Below are positions 19,863 through 30,482 of a stretch of DNA of 64,000 nucleotides, in pieces. Within the stretch, counting starts at the first letter, position 1. Every line of letters begins with the position of its first letter. The position numbers and the translations under genes were made by a program. The notes below the pieces were generated by a model that saw only the letters and a program-made list of their open reading frames with translations, was not told the origin of the DNA and searched no databases. The stretch comes from an uncultured Pseudomonadales bacterium. GTDB lineage: Bacteria; Patescibacteriota; Microgenomatia; UBA1400; UBA1449. Location: positions 7,505-71,504 of the forward strand of contig CAYLQQ010000004.1 in NCBI GenBank assembly GCA_964386355.1, given 5' to 3'.

Positions 19863-19966
19863 ATAAACTATTTCAAGTAATTTTCAAGCGTAGCGCCAAA
19901 ATTACTTAGAAATCGTTATGCCAATTGCATGCAGTTGGCAAATTATCATTAAATCTTTTTCACAAC
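19863..19966. repeat. rpmC-proximal copy of a duplicated ~100-bp intra-operon spacer (rplP-rpmC intergenic)
   Basis: Shares CATATAAACTA(T/A)TTCAA...TTAGAA(A/T)TCGTTATGCC with the spacer at 20381-20488; contains the imperfect palindrome GCCAATTGCATGCAGTTGGC. Confidence 0.5.
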
Positions 19967-20380
19967 TTATAATGTAGCCTTTTTATCTTCAAAACGTGTT
20001 TTGATTCCAAATTTACGGCTGGCAAGCCGTAGCGCTTCGGTTGCCATCTCTTTTGTGACTCCGGCAATCTCTAACATTACCCGTCCCGGTCTTACGACTG
20101 CCACATACCCAAACAAATCTCCTTTACCTGAACCCATACGTGATCCTGCAGGCCGTTTAGTAATAGGCTTGTCCGGAAAAATACGGATGTATACCTTTGC
20201 CTGACGCTTTGTATAGTTAGCTATTGTTTTACGGGCTGCTTCGATCTGGTTACCTGGAACCCATCCGCACTGGAGAGCTTTCAATGCATATTCTCCAAAT
20301 GAGATGTCTGAGCCCGCTATAGCCATGCCTCGACGTTTGCCTCTGAATTGTTTCCGGTATTTAGTTCGTTTCGGTTGCAT
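19967..20380 (-). CDS. rplP: 50S ribosomal protein L16
   Basis: MQPKRTKYRKQFRGKRRG. Confidence 0.9.
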   Translation of the reverse strand: MQPKRTKYRKQFRGKRRGMAIAGSDISFGEYALKALQCGWVPGNQIEAARKTIANYTKRQAKVYIRIFPDKPITKRPAGSRMGSGKGDLFGYVAVVRPGRVMLEIAGVTKEMATEALRLASRKFGIKTRFEDKKATL

Positions 20381-20488
20381 ATAAACTAATTCAATTGATT
20401 TTTCAAATGTAATGATGAAAAATCAGTTAGAATTCGTTATGCCTGAGCACAATTTGTGCGATAGGCAAAACTATTATAATTGTTCTTT
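20381..20488. repeat. rplP-proximal copy of the duplicated spacer (rpsC-rplP intergenic)
   Basis: See 19863-19966. Both copies end with ...TAGTTTATATG at the start codon of the downstream gene on the coding (minus) strand. Confidence 0.5.
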
Positions 20489-21142
20489 TTATATCCTCTG
20501 CTCTCCGTTATTAACCCACACTTTGATTCCGACGTAGCCTGACTTGGTCAGTGCTGGCATTTCTGCGTAGTCAATATCTGCTCTGATTGTTTGGCTTGGA
20601 ACTGTTCCTTTGCCGTACTTTTCCACGCGTGCAATTTCTGCTCCGCCGATACGACCTGCAAGCTGAATCTTTACTCCTTTAACGCCTGCATCCATCGCAT
20701 TATCTATTGCTTGATTAACTGCCCTTCTGTGTGGATACCTACCAATCAGTTGATCACTAAGTCTTTGAGCAATTGAGTGTGCATGAGCATTTGGATTTTT
20801 TACTTCTTCGACTTTTACATCCAATTTTATAGCTTTAGGGTCATTTTCTTTAATACGTAACTTTTTCATGATCTCTTTTTTCAAAGCCTCCATTCCTGAT
20901 CCACCTTTTCCGATCACAACACCTGGCCTTGAAACATGGACAAAAATTTTGATTTTTTTGATTGAACGCTCAATATCTACTTTAATAATGCCTGCATTTT
21001 TCAGTTTAGCCATCACAAATTTGCGAAGCTCAAGATCTTGTAAAAGTAGGTCTTTGTAGTCATGCTGATTTGCAAACCAGCGTGACTTCCAACTATATAG
21101 AGTACCTAACCTGAAACCGAACGGATTTACTTTTTTACCCAT
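20489..21142 (-). CDS. rpsC: 30S ribosomal protein S3
   Basis: MGKKVNPFGFRLG, KH domain. Confidence 0.9.
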   Translation of the reverse strand: MGKKVNPFGFRLGTLYSWKSRWFANQHDYKDLLLQDLELRKFVMAKLKNAGIIKVDIERSIKKIKIFVHVSRPGVVIGKGGSGMEALKKEIMKKLRIKENDPKAIKLDVKVEEVKNPNAHAHSIAQRLSDQLIGRYPHRRAVNQAIDNAMDAGVKGVKIQLAGRIGGAEIARVEKYGKGTVPSQTIRADIDYAEMPALTKSGYVGIKVWVNNGEQRI

Positions 21143-21147
21143 AGTGA

Positions 21148-21495
21148 TTATTTTGCAGCTTCTTTGGGGCTGCCTTCCAATACAACTTTTATATGACTTG
21201 TTCTCTTTTGTATCATCCGTGCTCTGCCTCGTGCACCAGCTCTAAATCTTTTGTAACGTGGACCTTCTTCTATCATAATGTGCTTAGTTTTTAAACCCTT
21301 TTCCTCTAATTTTTGATCGGTTGCGTTTGCTACTGCCTGTTTCATTACCTTATACAAAATTCCTGCAGCCCCTTTATGTGTAAATTTAAGGTTTAGTAAT
21401 GCTTTTTGAGGGTGCAGCAACCGTACACTATCAGCTACCAGACGTAACTTTCTGGGAGTAATACGAATTAGTTTTTGGTATGCACTAACTTCCAT
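21148..21495 (-). CDS. rplV: 50S ribosomal protein L22
   Basis: Position and pattern (ITPRKLRLVADSVR). Confidence 0.85.
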   Translation of the reverse strand: MEVSAYQKLIRITPRKLRLVADSVRLLHPQKALLNLKFTHKGAAGILYKVMKQAVANATDQKLEEKGLKTKHIMIEEGPRYKRFRAGARGRARMIQKRTSHIKVVLEGSPKEAAK

Positions 21496-21512
21496 ATATT
21501 CTTAAATAATCT

Positions 21513-21797
21513 TTATGTCTTTGTAAGCACGCGTTTAACCATCTTACCGTGTCCATGAAATGTACGTGTTGGAGAAAATTCTCCAAGACGATGACCTACC
21601 ATTGCTTCGGTAATATAAACTTCGATAAATTTTTTGCCATTATGAATGCCAAATGTGTGGCCGACAAAGTCTGGCGCAATCTGGCTATCACGTGCCCATG
21701 TTTTTATCACATCTTTTCTGCCTTGCATTTTCTGCTTGCTGACTTTTAACAGCAATTTTTCATTTACGTATGGTCCTTTTTTTGTACTTCTACTCAT
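21513..21797 (-). CDS. rpsS: 30S ribosomal protein S19
   Basis: [11 protein letters not shown]...[12 protein letters not shown]. Confidence 0.9.
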   Translation of the reverse strand: MSRSTKKGPYVNEKLLLKVSKQKMQGRKDVIKTWARDSQIAPDFVGHTFGIHNGKKFIEVYITEAMVGHRLGEFSPTRTFHGHGKMVKRVLTKT

Positions 21798-21798
21798 A

Positions 21799-22629
21799 TT
21801 ACTTCTTTCTCCTGCTAATTATGTACTTATTTGAATGTTTCTTCTTTTGTCTTGTTATAACTCCCTGTACACGTTTTCCGTACACTGACTTGGGTGCTTT
21901 CATACCTACCCCTGATCGTCCTTCTCCACCTCCATGCGGATGAGAGTTCGGTGACATGGCTGTACCACGAACACTTGGGCGAACACCTCTGTGCCTATTG
22001 CGTCCAGCTTTACCGATGCTTACGTTTTTCCAATCTTGATTACTTACTTGACCTATAGTTGCAAAACATTCCTGATGAACTCGACGGATCTCACCCGAAG
22101 GTAAGAGCAGATTAGCAAATCCGGCTTCTTTTGATTGAACAATAACCGCCGTCCCTGCTGATCGAGCCATTTGAGCACCTTTACCAGCTGTAAGCTCAAT
22201 ATTATGGATTGGTACTCCAATTGGAATATTTGCCAAAGGCATGGCATTACCGATCAGGGCTTCACCTGTTTCTGAAGAGATTATTGTATCACCAATTTTT
22301 AGATTGTCAGGACATAAAATATAGCGTTTTTCTCCATCAGCATAGTTTAAAAGAGCAATATTTGCAGTTCTGTTTGGATCATACTCAATGGCTGCCACTT
22401 TTGCTGAGATATCTTTTTTATCGCGTTTAAAATCAATTATACGCAGGTAGCGTTTTTCTCCGGAACCTTGGTGACGTACTGTAATCCGACCAGTATTGTT
22501 ACGTCCTGAATTTTTCTTCAAGATCATGCTCAAACTCCGTACTGGTTTAGCTTTTTTGCTAGCTCCAGTATGTAAAAAATGGAGATGTCGTTGAGCATTC
22601 GTTCGTGGTCGGGATATTTTGACTGCCAT
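21799..22629 (-). CDS. rplB: 50S ribosomal protein L2
   Basis: ...[29 protein letters not shown]. Confidence 0.9.
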   Translation of the reverse strand: MAVKISRPRTNAQRHLHFLHTGASKKAKPVRSLSMILKKNSGRNNTGRITVRHQGSGEKRYLRIIDFKRDKKDISAKVAAIEYDPNRTANIALLNYADGEKRYILCPDNLKIGDTIISSETGEALIGNAMPLANIPIGVPIHNIELTAGKGAQMARSAGTAVIVQSKEAGFANLLLPSGEIRRVHQECFATIGQVSNQDWKNVSIGKAGRNRHRGVRPSVRGTAMSPNSHPHGGGEGRSGVGMKAPKSVYGKRVQGVITRQKKKHSNKYIISRRKK

Positions 22630-22634
22630 ATATC

Positions 22635-22934
22635 TTATTTATCTTCTTTAATATCAAATAAGTCTATTTTTTCACCTTTTTTAACAGTAACCATCGCTTT
22701 TTTGCTATCAGACATTTTTTTAGGTGTCCGTTTAGCTCCAAATCTTCGCTCCTTGCCTTTGATAACACTTGTAGCTACGTCGATGACATGTACATTAAAT
22801 GCTGTAGTCACTGCAGTAGCAACTTGATCTTTGTTTGCCTCTCTTGCAACTTCAAAAGTATAAATGCCGTTTTGAGCAAGTACCATAGATTTTTCACTAA
22901 TGATCGGTTTGATGATTACTAAATCAATTTGCAT
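22635..22934 (-). CDS. rplW: 50S ribosomal protein L23
   Basis: Position and IIKPIISEKSM...YTFEV pattern. Confidence 0.8.
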   Translation of the reverse strand: MQIDLVIIKPIISEKSMVLAQNGIYTFEVAREANKDQVATAVTTAFNVHVIDVATSVIKGKERRFGAKRTPKKMSDSKKAMVTVKKGEKIDLFDIKEDK

Positions 22935-22938
22935 ATCG

Positions 22939-23580
22939 TTACTTAACTAATCTTTTTTCTAATATTTTTATTGATTCAACTGCCATAAACAACCAGTGGC
23001 TTTTTACAACTTCAAAGGTTGTCAAATCCTGGCAACGTAGGACTGTTACGCCTTCTAAATTCCTAGCCGATTTTTGTGCTGTTTCCATCTTGCCATCGAC
23101 AACTATTCCCATGTGACGTCTTTCAGTTGGTTTTTCAATTAAACTAGTAAATAATTTGTTCATGTCTTTAGTTTTTGGCGCTTTTAAGTCTGACAAACCT
23201 TTAATAAGCAGGATTTTCTTTTCTTTAGCCAGAAGTGACAAGGCACTCTTTAGAGCTGCAACCCTCATCTTCTTTGGCAGATCAAGACTATAATTCTGAT
23301 TACCTCTCGGACCATGCGCTACTCCTCCCCCAACATAAATAGGGGCTCTACGGCTGCCATGTCTGGCTTGACCGGTACCTTTTTGGCGGTAGACTTTTTT
23401 AGTAGTTCTGCTTATCTCACTTCTTGTTAAAGATTTTGCATTCCCCAATCTTTGGTTGCCCTGATATACACGAACCGCCTGAGCCATAAGCTGTTCATTT
23501 ATCTTTGCTTCAAAAATATCTTTAGGCAATGTAATTTGCTCAATTTTAGCCCCGGTAAGATCAAATACATCTAGTTTCAT
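22939..23580 (-). CDS. rplD: 50S ribosomal protein L4
   Basis: RQKGTGQARHGSRRAPIYVGGGVAHGP. Confidence 0.85.
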   Translation of the reverse strand: MKLDVFDLTGAKIEQITLPKDIFEAKINEQLMAQAVRVYQGNQRLGNAKSLTRSEISRTTKKVYRQKGTGQARHGSRRAPIYVGGGVAHGPRGNQNYSLDLPKKMRVAALKSALSLLAKEKKILLIKGLSDLKAPKTKDMNKLFTSLIEKPTERRHMGIVVDGKMETAQKSARNLEGVTVLRCQDLTTFEVVKSHWLFMAVESIKILEKRLVK

Positions 23581-23582
23581 AT

Positions 23583-24356
23583 TTATTCTGCTTTCTTTTC
23601 TTCATGTGTTTCTGTTTCAGCTTGTTTACTAGAAGCTTCAACTGTATCTTCAACAACGTCAGTTGCTTGCTCAACTTCTGTTTCTTTTGGCGCTTCTTCA
23701 ATGTGTTTTTCTTCCTCTAATAGACCAACAAACTTACCATCCCTCATTTTTGTTATACTCACTAAGGTATTCTTGCCTCCGGGCACTGTACCTGTTACCC
23801 ACATTTCTCCAAGCTTTGTATCAATTTTTACTACTTGAGACCCCAAAACTGCAATTGCTTCATTTCCCATCCGTCCAGCCATACGTTTTCCTTTCCAGAT
23901 TCTGCCTGGGCTTGTGCCCTGGCCAATAGCTCCAGGAGCACGTTCTCTATCTGACTGGCCATGCGTACGAGGTCCACCTCTAAATCCATGTCGTTTCATG
24001 CCCCCTGCAAATCCTTTACCTTTTGAGACTCCTGTGATTTTTACAATATCGCCAACCTCAAATGTTTCAGTAATCTTAAGCACATCTCCCGCTTTTATTT
24101 CCCCAACTTCTTCTACTCGTATCTCGCGTAAATAACGGGGCACTTTATTAATTACTTTTGTATGTCCGGTTACCGGTTTGCTGTCTTTTGTTTTTGATCC
24201 AATTGCTACCTGTAAAGCAGTATACTTGTCTTTTTCAAAAGTTTTAACTTGCACAACAGGTAGATCTTCGATCCGCAGGCGCGTAATGAATAAACGTTTA
24301 CCGTCTTTATTGAATGTATGCGATTGATCTCGTTTTGTCGCGTAATAACTATTCAT
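23583..24356 (-). CDS. rplC: 50S ribosomal protein L3 with an acidic/TE-rich C-terminal extension
   Basis: FNKDGKRLFITRLRIE...GHTKV...FRGGPRTHGQSDRERAPGAIG; ~55-aa E/T-rich tail. Confidence 0.85.
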   Translation of the reverse strand: MNSYYATKRDQSHTFNKDGKRLFITRLRIEDLPVVQVKTFEKDKYTALQVAIGSKTKDSKPVTGHTKVINKVPRYLREIRVEEVGEIKAGDVLKITETFEVGDIVKITGVSKGKGFAGGMKRHGFRGGPRTHGQSDRERAPGAIGQGTSPGRIWKGKRMAGRMGNEAIAVLGSQVVKIDTKLGEMWVTGTVPGGKNTLVSITKMRDGKFVGLLEEEKHIEEAPKETEVEQATDVVEDTVEASSKQAETETHEEKKAE

Positions 24357-24360
24357 AATT

Positions 24361-24383
24361 AAAAAAGCCCGTCATTCGGGCTT
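24361..24383 (-). terminator. hairpin + T6 (terminator/attenuator-like) immediately 5' of the rplC start codon
   Basis: Minus strand reads GCCCGAATGACGGGC TTTTTT AATT ATG; lies between rpsJ and rplC. Confidence 0.45.
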
Positions 24384-24490
24384 CTGTCCAAATGTGTCGT
24401 TTTTCTGTTATGTTGTGATCAGTGCTTGTGGCATGATTATGACAACAAAAATCGGGTTATTATAAATTATTTTCTACTATTTTTCAAAAA

Positions 24491-24802
24491 CTACATCTTA
24501 ATCTCAATGCCTACGCCTGCCGGTAATTCAAGATGCATCAAAGAGTCAATTGTCTTTTCGCTCGGACTAATGATATCAATCAATCTCTTGTGTGTAAGGA
24601 CCTGAAAATGTTCACGAGCGTCTTTATCAGTATGTGGACTGATCAGTACCGGAAACTTCTTATGTTTGGTTGGTAAAGGTACTGGTCCTACCACCTTAGC
24701 GCCAGTTGAAAGCGCTGTCTGCAGTATTTTATTACAACACTCATCAATCACTCTGTGATCAAAAGCTTTCAGTTTGACTCTAATTCTAGGTGCATCTGCC
24801 AT
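24491..24802 (-). CDS. rpsJ: 30S ribosomal protein S10
   Basis: [21 protein letters not shown]... Confidence 0.9.
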   Translation of the reverse strand: MADAPRIRVKLKAFDHRVIDECCNKILQTALSTGAKVVGPVPLPTKHKKFPVLISPHTDKDAREHFQVLTHKRLIDIISPSEKTIDSLMHLELPAGVGIEIKM

Positions 24803-24824
24803 AATATTTTTGTATTAATAATTC

Positions 24825-24860
24825 TTCAAAAAGAATCCCGAGCCTTACGGCTCGGGACCC
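24825..24860 (-). terminator. rho-independent terminator-like hairpin after tuf, ~20 nt upstream of rpsJ
   Basis: Minus strand reads GGGTCCCGAGCC GTAA GGCTCGGGA TTCTTTTT. Confidence 0.5.
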
Positions 24861-24872
24861 ATGTTTGACAAA

Positions 24873-26051
24873 TTATTTGATGATTTTTGTAATGGCTCCG
24901 GCTCCGACAGTTTTACCACCTTCTCGGATAGCAAACCGCAAACCCTCTTCCATAGCCACGGGTACGATCAACTGGGCTGTCATCTTGGCGTTATCACCAG
25001 GCATAACCATTTCTACACCTTTTTCGAGCGTGATCTCACCGGTAATATCGGTAGTCTTAATGTAGAACTGAGGTTTGTAGCCCGAGAAAAATGGAGTATG
25101 TCTACCGCCCTCTTCTTTGGATAGGATGTATACCTGACACTCAAACTCAGTATGAGGAGTGATGCTTCCTTTCTTGGCTAAAACCTGACCTCTTTCAATA
25201 TCATCTTTTTCGATTCCGCGAAGCAAAATACCTACATTATCTCCAGCCTGACCCTCATCCAATTGCTTTCTAAACATTTCTACTCCGGTAACAGTTGAGG
25301 TGCGGGTATCTTTAATACCAATAATCTCAATCTCTTCTCCAACTTTTATAACACCGCGCTCGATTCGTCCGGTAACAACTGTTCCTCGACCTTTGATAGA
25401 AAAGACGTCTTCAACTGGCATCAGGAATGGCTTGTCCAATGGGCGTTCAGGAGTAGGAATATGAGAATCAACAGCCTCCATAAGCTTTAAAATGTTTTCC
25501 TGTTCTTTTGCGTCATCTTCCAGAGCTTTCAGGGCTGAACCGCGGATAACTGGAGTTGTATCACCTGGGAATTCATATTTCTTCAAAAGATCGCGAACTT
25601 CTTCTTCTACCAAGTCAATCATTTCTGGGTCATCTACCATGTCACATTTGTTTAAGAAAACGACGATTGCGGGTACGTTTACCTGTTTAGCTAAAAGAAT
25701 ATGTTCTTTGGTCTGGGGCATAGGACCGTCTGTGGCGGCTACGACTAAAATCGCACCATCCATCTGAGCGGCTCCAGTAATCATGTTCTTGATGTAGTCT
25801 TTGTGACCTGGACAGTCAATATGAGCATAGTGACGGTTTTCAGTCTGATATTCAACGTGAGTAATAGAAATGGTAATACCACGGGCTTTTTCTTCTGGTG
25901 CTTTATCAATCTGATCGTATTTAAGCTCATCTGCCATTCCTTTAGCAGCCAATGTTTTGGTGATAGCTGCTGTAAGAGTTGTCTTACCATGGTCTACGTG
26001 TCCGATGGTACCAATGTTTAGATGAGGTTTGTTTCTGACAAATGTAGCCAT
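24873..26051 (-). CDS. tuf: elongation factor Tu
   Basis: [27 protein letters not shown]; 392 aa. Confidence 0.95.
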   Translation of the reverse strand: MATFVRNKPHLNIGTIGHVDHGKTTLTAAITKTLAAKGMADELKYDQIDKAPEEKARGITISITHVEYQTENRHYAHIDCPGHKDYIKNMITGAAQMDGAILVVAATDGPMPQTKEHILLAKQVNVPAIVVFLNKCDMVDDPEMIDLVEEEVRDLLKKYEFPGDTTPVIRGSALKALEDDAKEQENILKLMEAVDSHIPTPERPLDKPFLMPVEDVFSIKGRGTVVTGRIERGVIKVGEEIEIIGIKDTRTSTVTGVEMFRKQLDEGQAGDNVGILLRGIEKDDIERGQVLAKKGSITPHTEFECQVYILSKEEGGRHTPFFSGYKPQFYIKTTDITGEITLEKGVEMVMPGDNAKMTAQLIVPVAMEEGLRFAIREGGKTVGAGAITKIIK

Positions 26052-26214
26052 AGAAAGCTCCTTTCAACACATTTGATTAGAATTTATATTATTACAGTAA
26101 TTTAACAAAAATATAACAGCTCTTTAAAACAGAGTTATTATAGCCGAAAATTTTCAATTTGAAAGAGTCAAAAGAAATATAACCGGCTAATTTCTAGCAG
26201 TTTTGAATAGATGG

Positions 26215-26244
26215 ATTATACCAAAAAAAAAGAGAGATGTGCAA
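26215..26244 (-). promoter_or_regulatory. candidate sigma70-type promoter upstream of tuf (TTGCAC-18-TGGTATAAT on the minus strand)
   Basis: -35 at 26239-26244 and extended -10 at 26215-26222, read on the minus strand ~165 nt upstream of the tuf start. Confidence 0.3.
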
Positions 26245-26296
26245 AGGGAATGTGTAATTAAATTGAATAGGAAATTCCGTCTCGTTTTATAACTTA

Positions 26297-26623
26297 TTAC
26301 TTCTTTGATGAGGTCCCAAAAAACGTATCAATCACTGCATGTGTAGGAGCGGTAGGAAAAAAGGGAATTATTGAAGTAATAACCTTCAAAAAGCCTGGTA
26401 TTTTTCTGCCATCTTTATATGTCCGTACTCCTTTGGCTAAACCTAGTGCATCACCAAAAGCCAGTAATGGAAAAAATGGAATGGGAACATATTCAAGGCC
26501 AAATCTAGATATATATCCTCCCGCCGAATCAGATAGAAGAACATCAAGCAATCTTGATAAAATTCCCTCTTTCTCATCAAGAACTCTACCTGTTTCGACT
26601 CTAGTTATGTTAGATTGAGCCAT
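26297..26623 (-). CDS. hypothetical protein inserted between fusA and tuf
   Basis: 108 aa, hydrophobic patches (IPIPFFPLLAFGDALGLA), no family recognised. Confidence 0.3.
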   Translation of the reverse strand: MAQSNITRVETGRVLDEKEGILSRLLDVLLSDSAGGYISRFGLEYVPIPFFPLLAFGDALGLAKGVRTYKDGRKIPGFLKVITSIIPFFPTAPTHAVIDTFFGTSSKK

Positions 26624-26759
26624 GCTACAAAGCTTAATTATGTTATTGATTTATAGCATATCGTTACACGGTTAATATAATGACAACTATTGGATATGTT
26701 TTAAGTATGAAAAGTAGAGTTATTAATCCGTAACGTATTTTATACAAAAATCGATCTGG

Positions 26760-28073
26760 CTATTCTAAAACGAATCTGTATTGTTCCGGGAGCTTAATTG
26801 CATCAATTTGTTCTTTAATCTGTGCTTTTTCCATTTCTAATGTCCGTTCGTAGAATTGATTTTCTTTCTCAGGTATTTCTGTGTTTTCACTTATCGACAA
26901 TACTTTAGAATCTAGATCATATAGGTAGTTTTGTGATCCAATCAATAATAATTGGTCAGATTTGTGTATGTATCTGATATCAGTGATCTCTGATGGCATG
27001 TTTTGTTGAGCAATAACACCTTCTTTAACTTCTGGGGTGGATAGGGGTATAGCTATTACATAGGTAAAAATCCCCTCTAAATTTTTTATGTTCAATTGAG
27101 GATTTTCATTGCCTGTATGGTATGCCAAGATCATCCGGTCTTTTTTATCAATAGCAATAAATTTTTCGCCTTTTGCACAACCGCTAAAGGATTCAGCTAC
27201 ATTTTTGACACTGTTAACTGAAGGGTCAAACAACTTGTAAATATCCCTACCGCTACAGCCATCATACATCCAACCCTTTACCCAATAACGGTTTTCCCAA
27301 AATTTTATATGACCGTCTTCAATATCGCTCAATTTCTGAGGTACTTGGTTATCAGAAATTGGTAAATCAACCCAAAATACAGCCCCTCGTGCCAAATATC
27401 CACCCTGGGTAAAATATAATTTTTCATTAATCACCTGTAGATCATTTACTCTATAGGGTAGCCTATTATCTCCATTCCAAAACATATCCTTATATGTTTC
27501 GAGGCTAAAAATTGTTTTTTTGATACCGCTTGTTAAGTGATACCCATACACAGAACTATCTTTATTGTCAAATGCTCCGTTGCTATAAAATAGCCAATCA
27601 TTCCAAGATATAATAATTGAATTATCACAGTGTTCTGCACACAGACTAAATTGAGGCACGTATTGTCCATTACTATTTTTTTGCAGTACCCATTGTTTTG
27701 GTTTCGGAGTTGGATTAGGTGTAATGATGGGAGTAGGTATAGGTGTGGCAATATATGGAGTGCCGATAAGTTGAGCTGATGATCGAAGGTGCATTTTATT
27801 TGACCATTCGACCAACAGACGTTTTATACTGCTAGTTTGAATATCTATTTGAAAAGTGATGATACATGAACTGACAAATATAAAAATTATAAGTAATAAC
27901 GTAAAATAAAAATATAGCCTGTTAAACATACCATTTTGACTTGACTTTTTATCCTGATTCGTATTATCCAATTCTTCTTTGTTATAATTTTTGTCTGAAC
28001 CGATATCTTCTTCACTATTTTTTGATATTTTTGATTTTATCAGCATATAAAAAGTATAACAAAAAGCGGGCAC
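26760..28073 (-). CDS. membrane-anchored extracytoplasmic protein with a Pro/Thr-rich linker (hypothetical)
   Basis: N-terminal TM (YFYFTLLLIIFIFVSSCIITF) then TPIPTPIITPNPTPKPK linker then a ~330-aa W/Y/G-rich domain (possibly beta-propeller-like). Confidence 0.4.
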   Translation of the reverse strand: MPAFCYTFYMLIKSKISKNSEEDIGSDKNYNKEELDNTNQDKKSSQNGMFNRLYFYFTLLLIIFIFVSSCIITFQIDIQTSSIKRLLVEWSNKMHLRSSAQLIGTPYIATPIPTPIITPNPTPKPKQWVLQKNSNGQYVPQFSLCAEHCDNSIIISWNDWLFYSNGAFDNKDSSVYGYHLTSGIKKTIFSLETYKDMFWNGDNRLPYRVNDLQVINEKLYFTQGGYLARGAVFWVDLPISDNQVPQKLSDIEDGHIKFWENRYWVKGWMYDGCSGRDIYKLFDPSVNSVKNVAESFSGCAKGEKFIAIDKKDRMILAYHTGNENPQLNIKNLEGIFTYVIAIPLSTPEVKEGVIAQQNMPSEITDIRYIHKSDQLLLIGSQNYLYDLDSKVLSISENTEIPEKENQFYERTLEMEKAQIKEQIDAIKLPEQYRFVLE

Positions 28074-28110
28074 CGTTGGCCCGCTTTTATTTTACATTTT
28101 TAAAAGCTTT

Positions 28111-30258
28111 TTATGCCTTCGCTCTGCTTGCTACAATCTCCTCAATAATATTTCTCGGTACTTCTTCATAATGGCTGGGTAAAAGCACGTTTGATGCTCG
28201 GCCTTGAGTCATGGAACGCAATATAGTCGTGTAGCTGCTCATCTCGGCTAGAGGTACAAAAGCTGTAATGACACGGATGTTTCCTCTTTGGTTCGTTCCA
28301 AGGATCTGTGCCCGTTTGCTTGACAGGTTGCCGATGACATCACCCATAAAGTCCTCAGGCGTGGAAACCTCAAGCTTCATGATGGGCTCGATCAGAGTAA
28401 GTTGTGCTTTTTTGGCAGCTTCTTGGAGAGCAAATGAGCCTGCCATCTTAAATGCCATCTCAGATGAGTCAACCTCATGGTAGGTTCCGTCATATACTGT
28501 TACTTCGATATCAACAAGCGGAAATCCTGCCAGAACACCATTTTCACAGGCTTCTTTAGCACCTTTTTCAATAGGTCCGATAAACTCTCTAGGAATAGCT
28601 CCTCCTTTGATTTCATTAACAAAGACAAAACCTTCTCCCTGTTTGAGCGGTTTAACCCGCAGAAAACAGTGCCCGTACTGACCACGACCTCCGGACTGGC
28701 GTATATATTTACCTTCTGCGTTAGCTTCCATCTTTATTGTTTCTTTGTAGGCTACCTGAGGTTTACCAGTGTTGGCATCAACACTAAACTCACGTTTGAG
28801 CCGATCGACCATAATCTCTAAATGCAGTTCTCCCATTCCAGAAATAATGGTTTGACCTGTTTCCTGATTAGTCGCTAGTTTAAATGTCGGATCCTCATCC
28901 AAGAGTTTTTTCAAAGCTATACCCATTTTCTCCTGGTCATTGCGGGTTTTAGGTTCGATAGCCAGTGAGATTACAGGATCAGCAAAGCTGATTGACTCGA
29001 GCATAATTTTGTTCTCTTCATCACATAAGGTATCTCCGGTTACTGTGTCTTTTAGTCCAACTACAGCCACGATCTCACCTGCATATGCCTCAGCTATCTC
29101 TTCTCTCTGGTTGGCATGCATAAGGAGCAAACGTCCAATCCGTTCTCTCTTGTCTTTGCTGGCATTATAGATATAAGAACCAGATTTAAGAATTCCTGAG
29201 TAGACACGGGTGTAAGCCAAACGCCCAACATGAGGATCAGTTTGTATCTTAAATGCCAAACAGGTTAGTTTTTCATCAGTAGTCAAGTTACGAGATAAGG
29301 TAATTTCCTTGTCTTTGGGATCGGTACCAGAAATTGCAGGTAGGTCAACAGGACTGGGAAGGTAATCGATCACCGCATCAAGCAGAAGTTGAATACCTTT
29401 ATTTTTGAGTGATGATCCTGCCATAACGGGGACCAACTGGTTGGCAATGACGGCTTTTCTCAGCGTCTTCTTTAAATCCATCAGATCTATTTCTTCACCT
29501 CCAAAGTATTTTTCCATCAAAGCTTCATCATTTTCGACAATACGCTCAATCAATTTTGCCCGCTCTGATTCAAATTTCTCCTTTAGATCTTCTGGTATCT
29601 CATCAGATATAACCGGCTTTTCTCCCCTTTCATCTTCAAATGTAACTGTTTTTTTCTCAAGAAGTAAAATAACTCCTCTAAACGTATTCTCAGCACCAAT
29701 TGGTAATACCAGGGGCGCAGTTCTGGCTCCAAGCTTTTCTTCAATATCTGCAACGGTTCGGTCAAAATTGGCACCGATTTTATCCATTTTATTGACAAAG
29801 CAAATCCGGGGTACGTGGTACTTATCAGCCTGACGCCACACAGTCTCTGATTGGGATTGAACACCCTCTTCTCCATCAAGGACGGTTATTCCACCATCCA
29901 GAACGCGTAGTGACCTTTCTACCTCAGCAGTAAAGTCCACATGGCCTGGAGTGTCGATGATATTAATACGGTGTTCGATAGGGAATTGAGACTCGACGAT
30001 CTCAGGGGTCCAAAAAGCTGTAGTAGCTGCCGAGACGATAGTAATACCCCGCTCTCGTTCCTGAGCCATCCAATCCATGACTGCAGCACCCTCGTGCACC
30101 TCACCAATCTTATACGTCCGGCCAGTGTAGTAAAGAATACGTTCGGTGGTTGTGGTCTTACCTGCGTCAATGTGCGCAATAATCCCAATGTTACGGATTA
30201 AATTAAGCTGCATGTGTCGTTTGACATCGGTAGTTGTAGTCATAAATTTGTAAGGCAA
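28111..30258 (-). CDS. fusA: elongation factor G
   Basis: [21 protein letters not shown], 715 aa five-domain EF-G. Confidence 0.95.
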   Translation of the reverse strand: MPYKFMTTTTDVKRHMQLNLIRNIGIIAHIDAGKTTTTERILYYTGRTYKIGEVHEGAAVMDWMAQERERGITIVSAATTAFWTPEIVESQFPIEHRINIIDTPGHVDFTAEVERSLRVLDGGITVLDGEEGVQSQSETVWRQADKYHVPRICFVNKMDKIGANFDRTVADIEEKLGARTAPLVLPIGAENTFRGVILLLEKKTVTFEDERGEKPVISDEIPEDLKEKFESERAKLIERIVENDEALMEKYFGGEEIDLMDLKKTLRKAVIANQLVPVMAGSSLKNKGIQLLLDAVIDYLPSPVDLPAISGTDPKDKEITLSRNLTTDEKLTCLAFKIQTDPHVGRLAYTRVYSGILKSGSYIYNASKDKRERIGRLLLMHANQREEIAEAYAGEIVAVVGLKDTVTGDTLCDEENKIMLESISFADPVISLAIEPKTRNDQEKMGIALKKLLDEDPTFKLATNQETGQTIISGMGELHLEIMVDRLKREFSVDANTGKPQVAYKETIKMEANAEGKYIRQSGGRGQYGHCFLRVKPLKQGEGFVFVNEIKGGAIPREFIGPIEKGAKEACENGVLAGFPLVDIEVTVYDGTYHEVDSSEMAFKMAGSFALQEAAKKAQLTLIEPIMKLEVSTPEDFMGDVIGNLSSKRAQILGTNQRGNIRVITAFVPLAEMSSYTTILRSMTQGRASNVLLPSHYEEVPRNIIEEIVASRAKA

Positions 30259-30363
30259 AAGTCAAAAGGCAAAAGTCAAAACGTAATAAGAAAGAAAAAT
30301 CCCATCTTTATTTTTGAACTTTTAACTGCATTTTTGAATTTTGAGTTTTGAATTTTGAGTTTA
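30254..30363. repeat. short tandem direct repeats in the rpsG-fusA leader (GGCAAAAGTCAAAA x2; TTTTGAATTTTGAG x2)
   Basis: Read directly in the sequence. Confidence 0.6.
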
Positions 30364-30390
30364 ACATCGTATTTTACCTAAAAAAATGAA

Positions 30391-30442
30391 AAACCGCCAG
30401 AAGGCGTTAGACTTAAAAGGACGGATCATTGATCCGCCCCTT
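30391..30442 (-). terminator. two consecutive hairpin + T-tract structures between rpsG and fusA (putative terminators/attenuators)
   Basis: Minus strand reads GGGGCGGATCAATGATCCGTCC TTTT ... CGCCTTCTGGCG GTTTTTCATTTTTTT. Confidence 0.4.
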
Positions 30443-30482
30443 ACTTACATTCTGTAATTCGTTAATTCTTATATTCCCAAAC

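Noticed and set aside
30254-30363. Possible CRISPR array, given the short direct repeats
   Set aside because: Only two copies each of 13-14-nt repeats with no spacers of regular length; not a CRISPR
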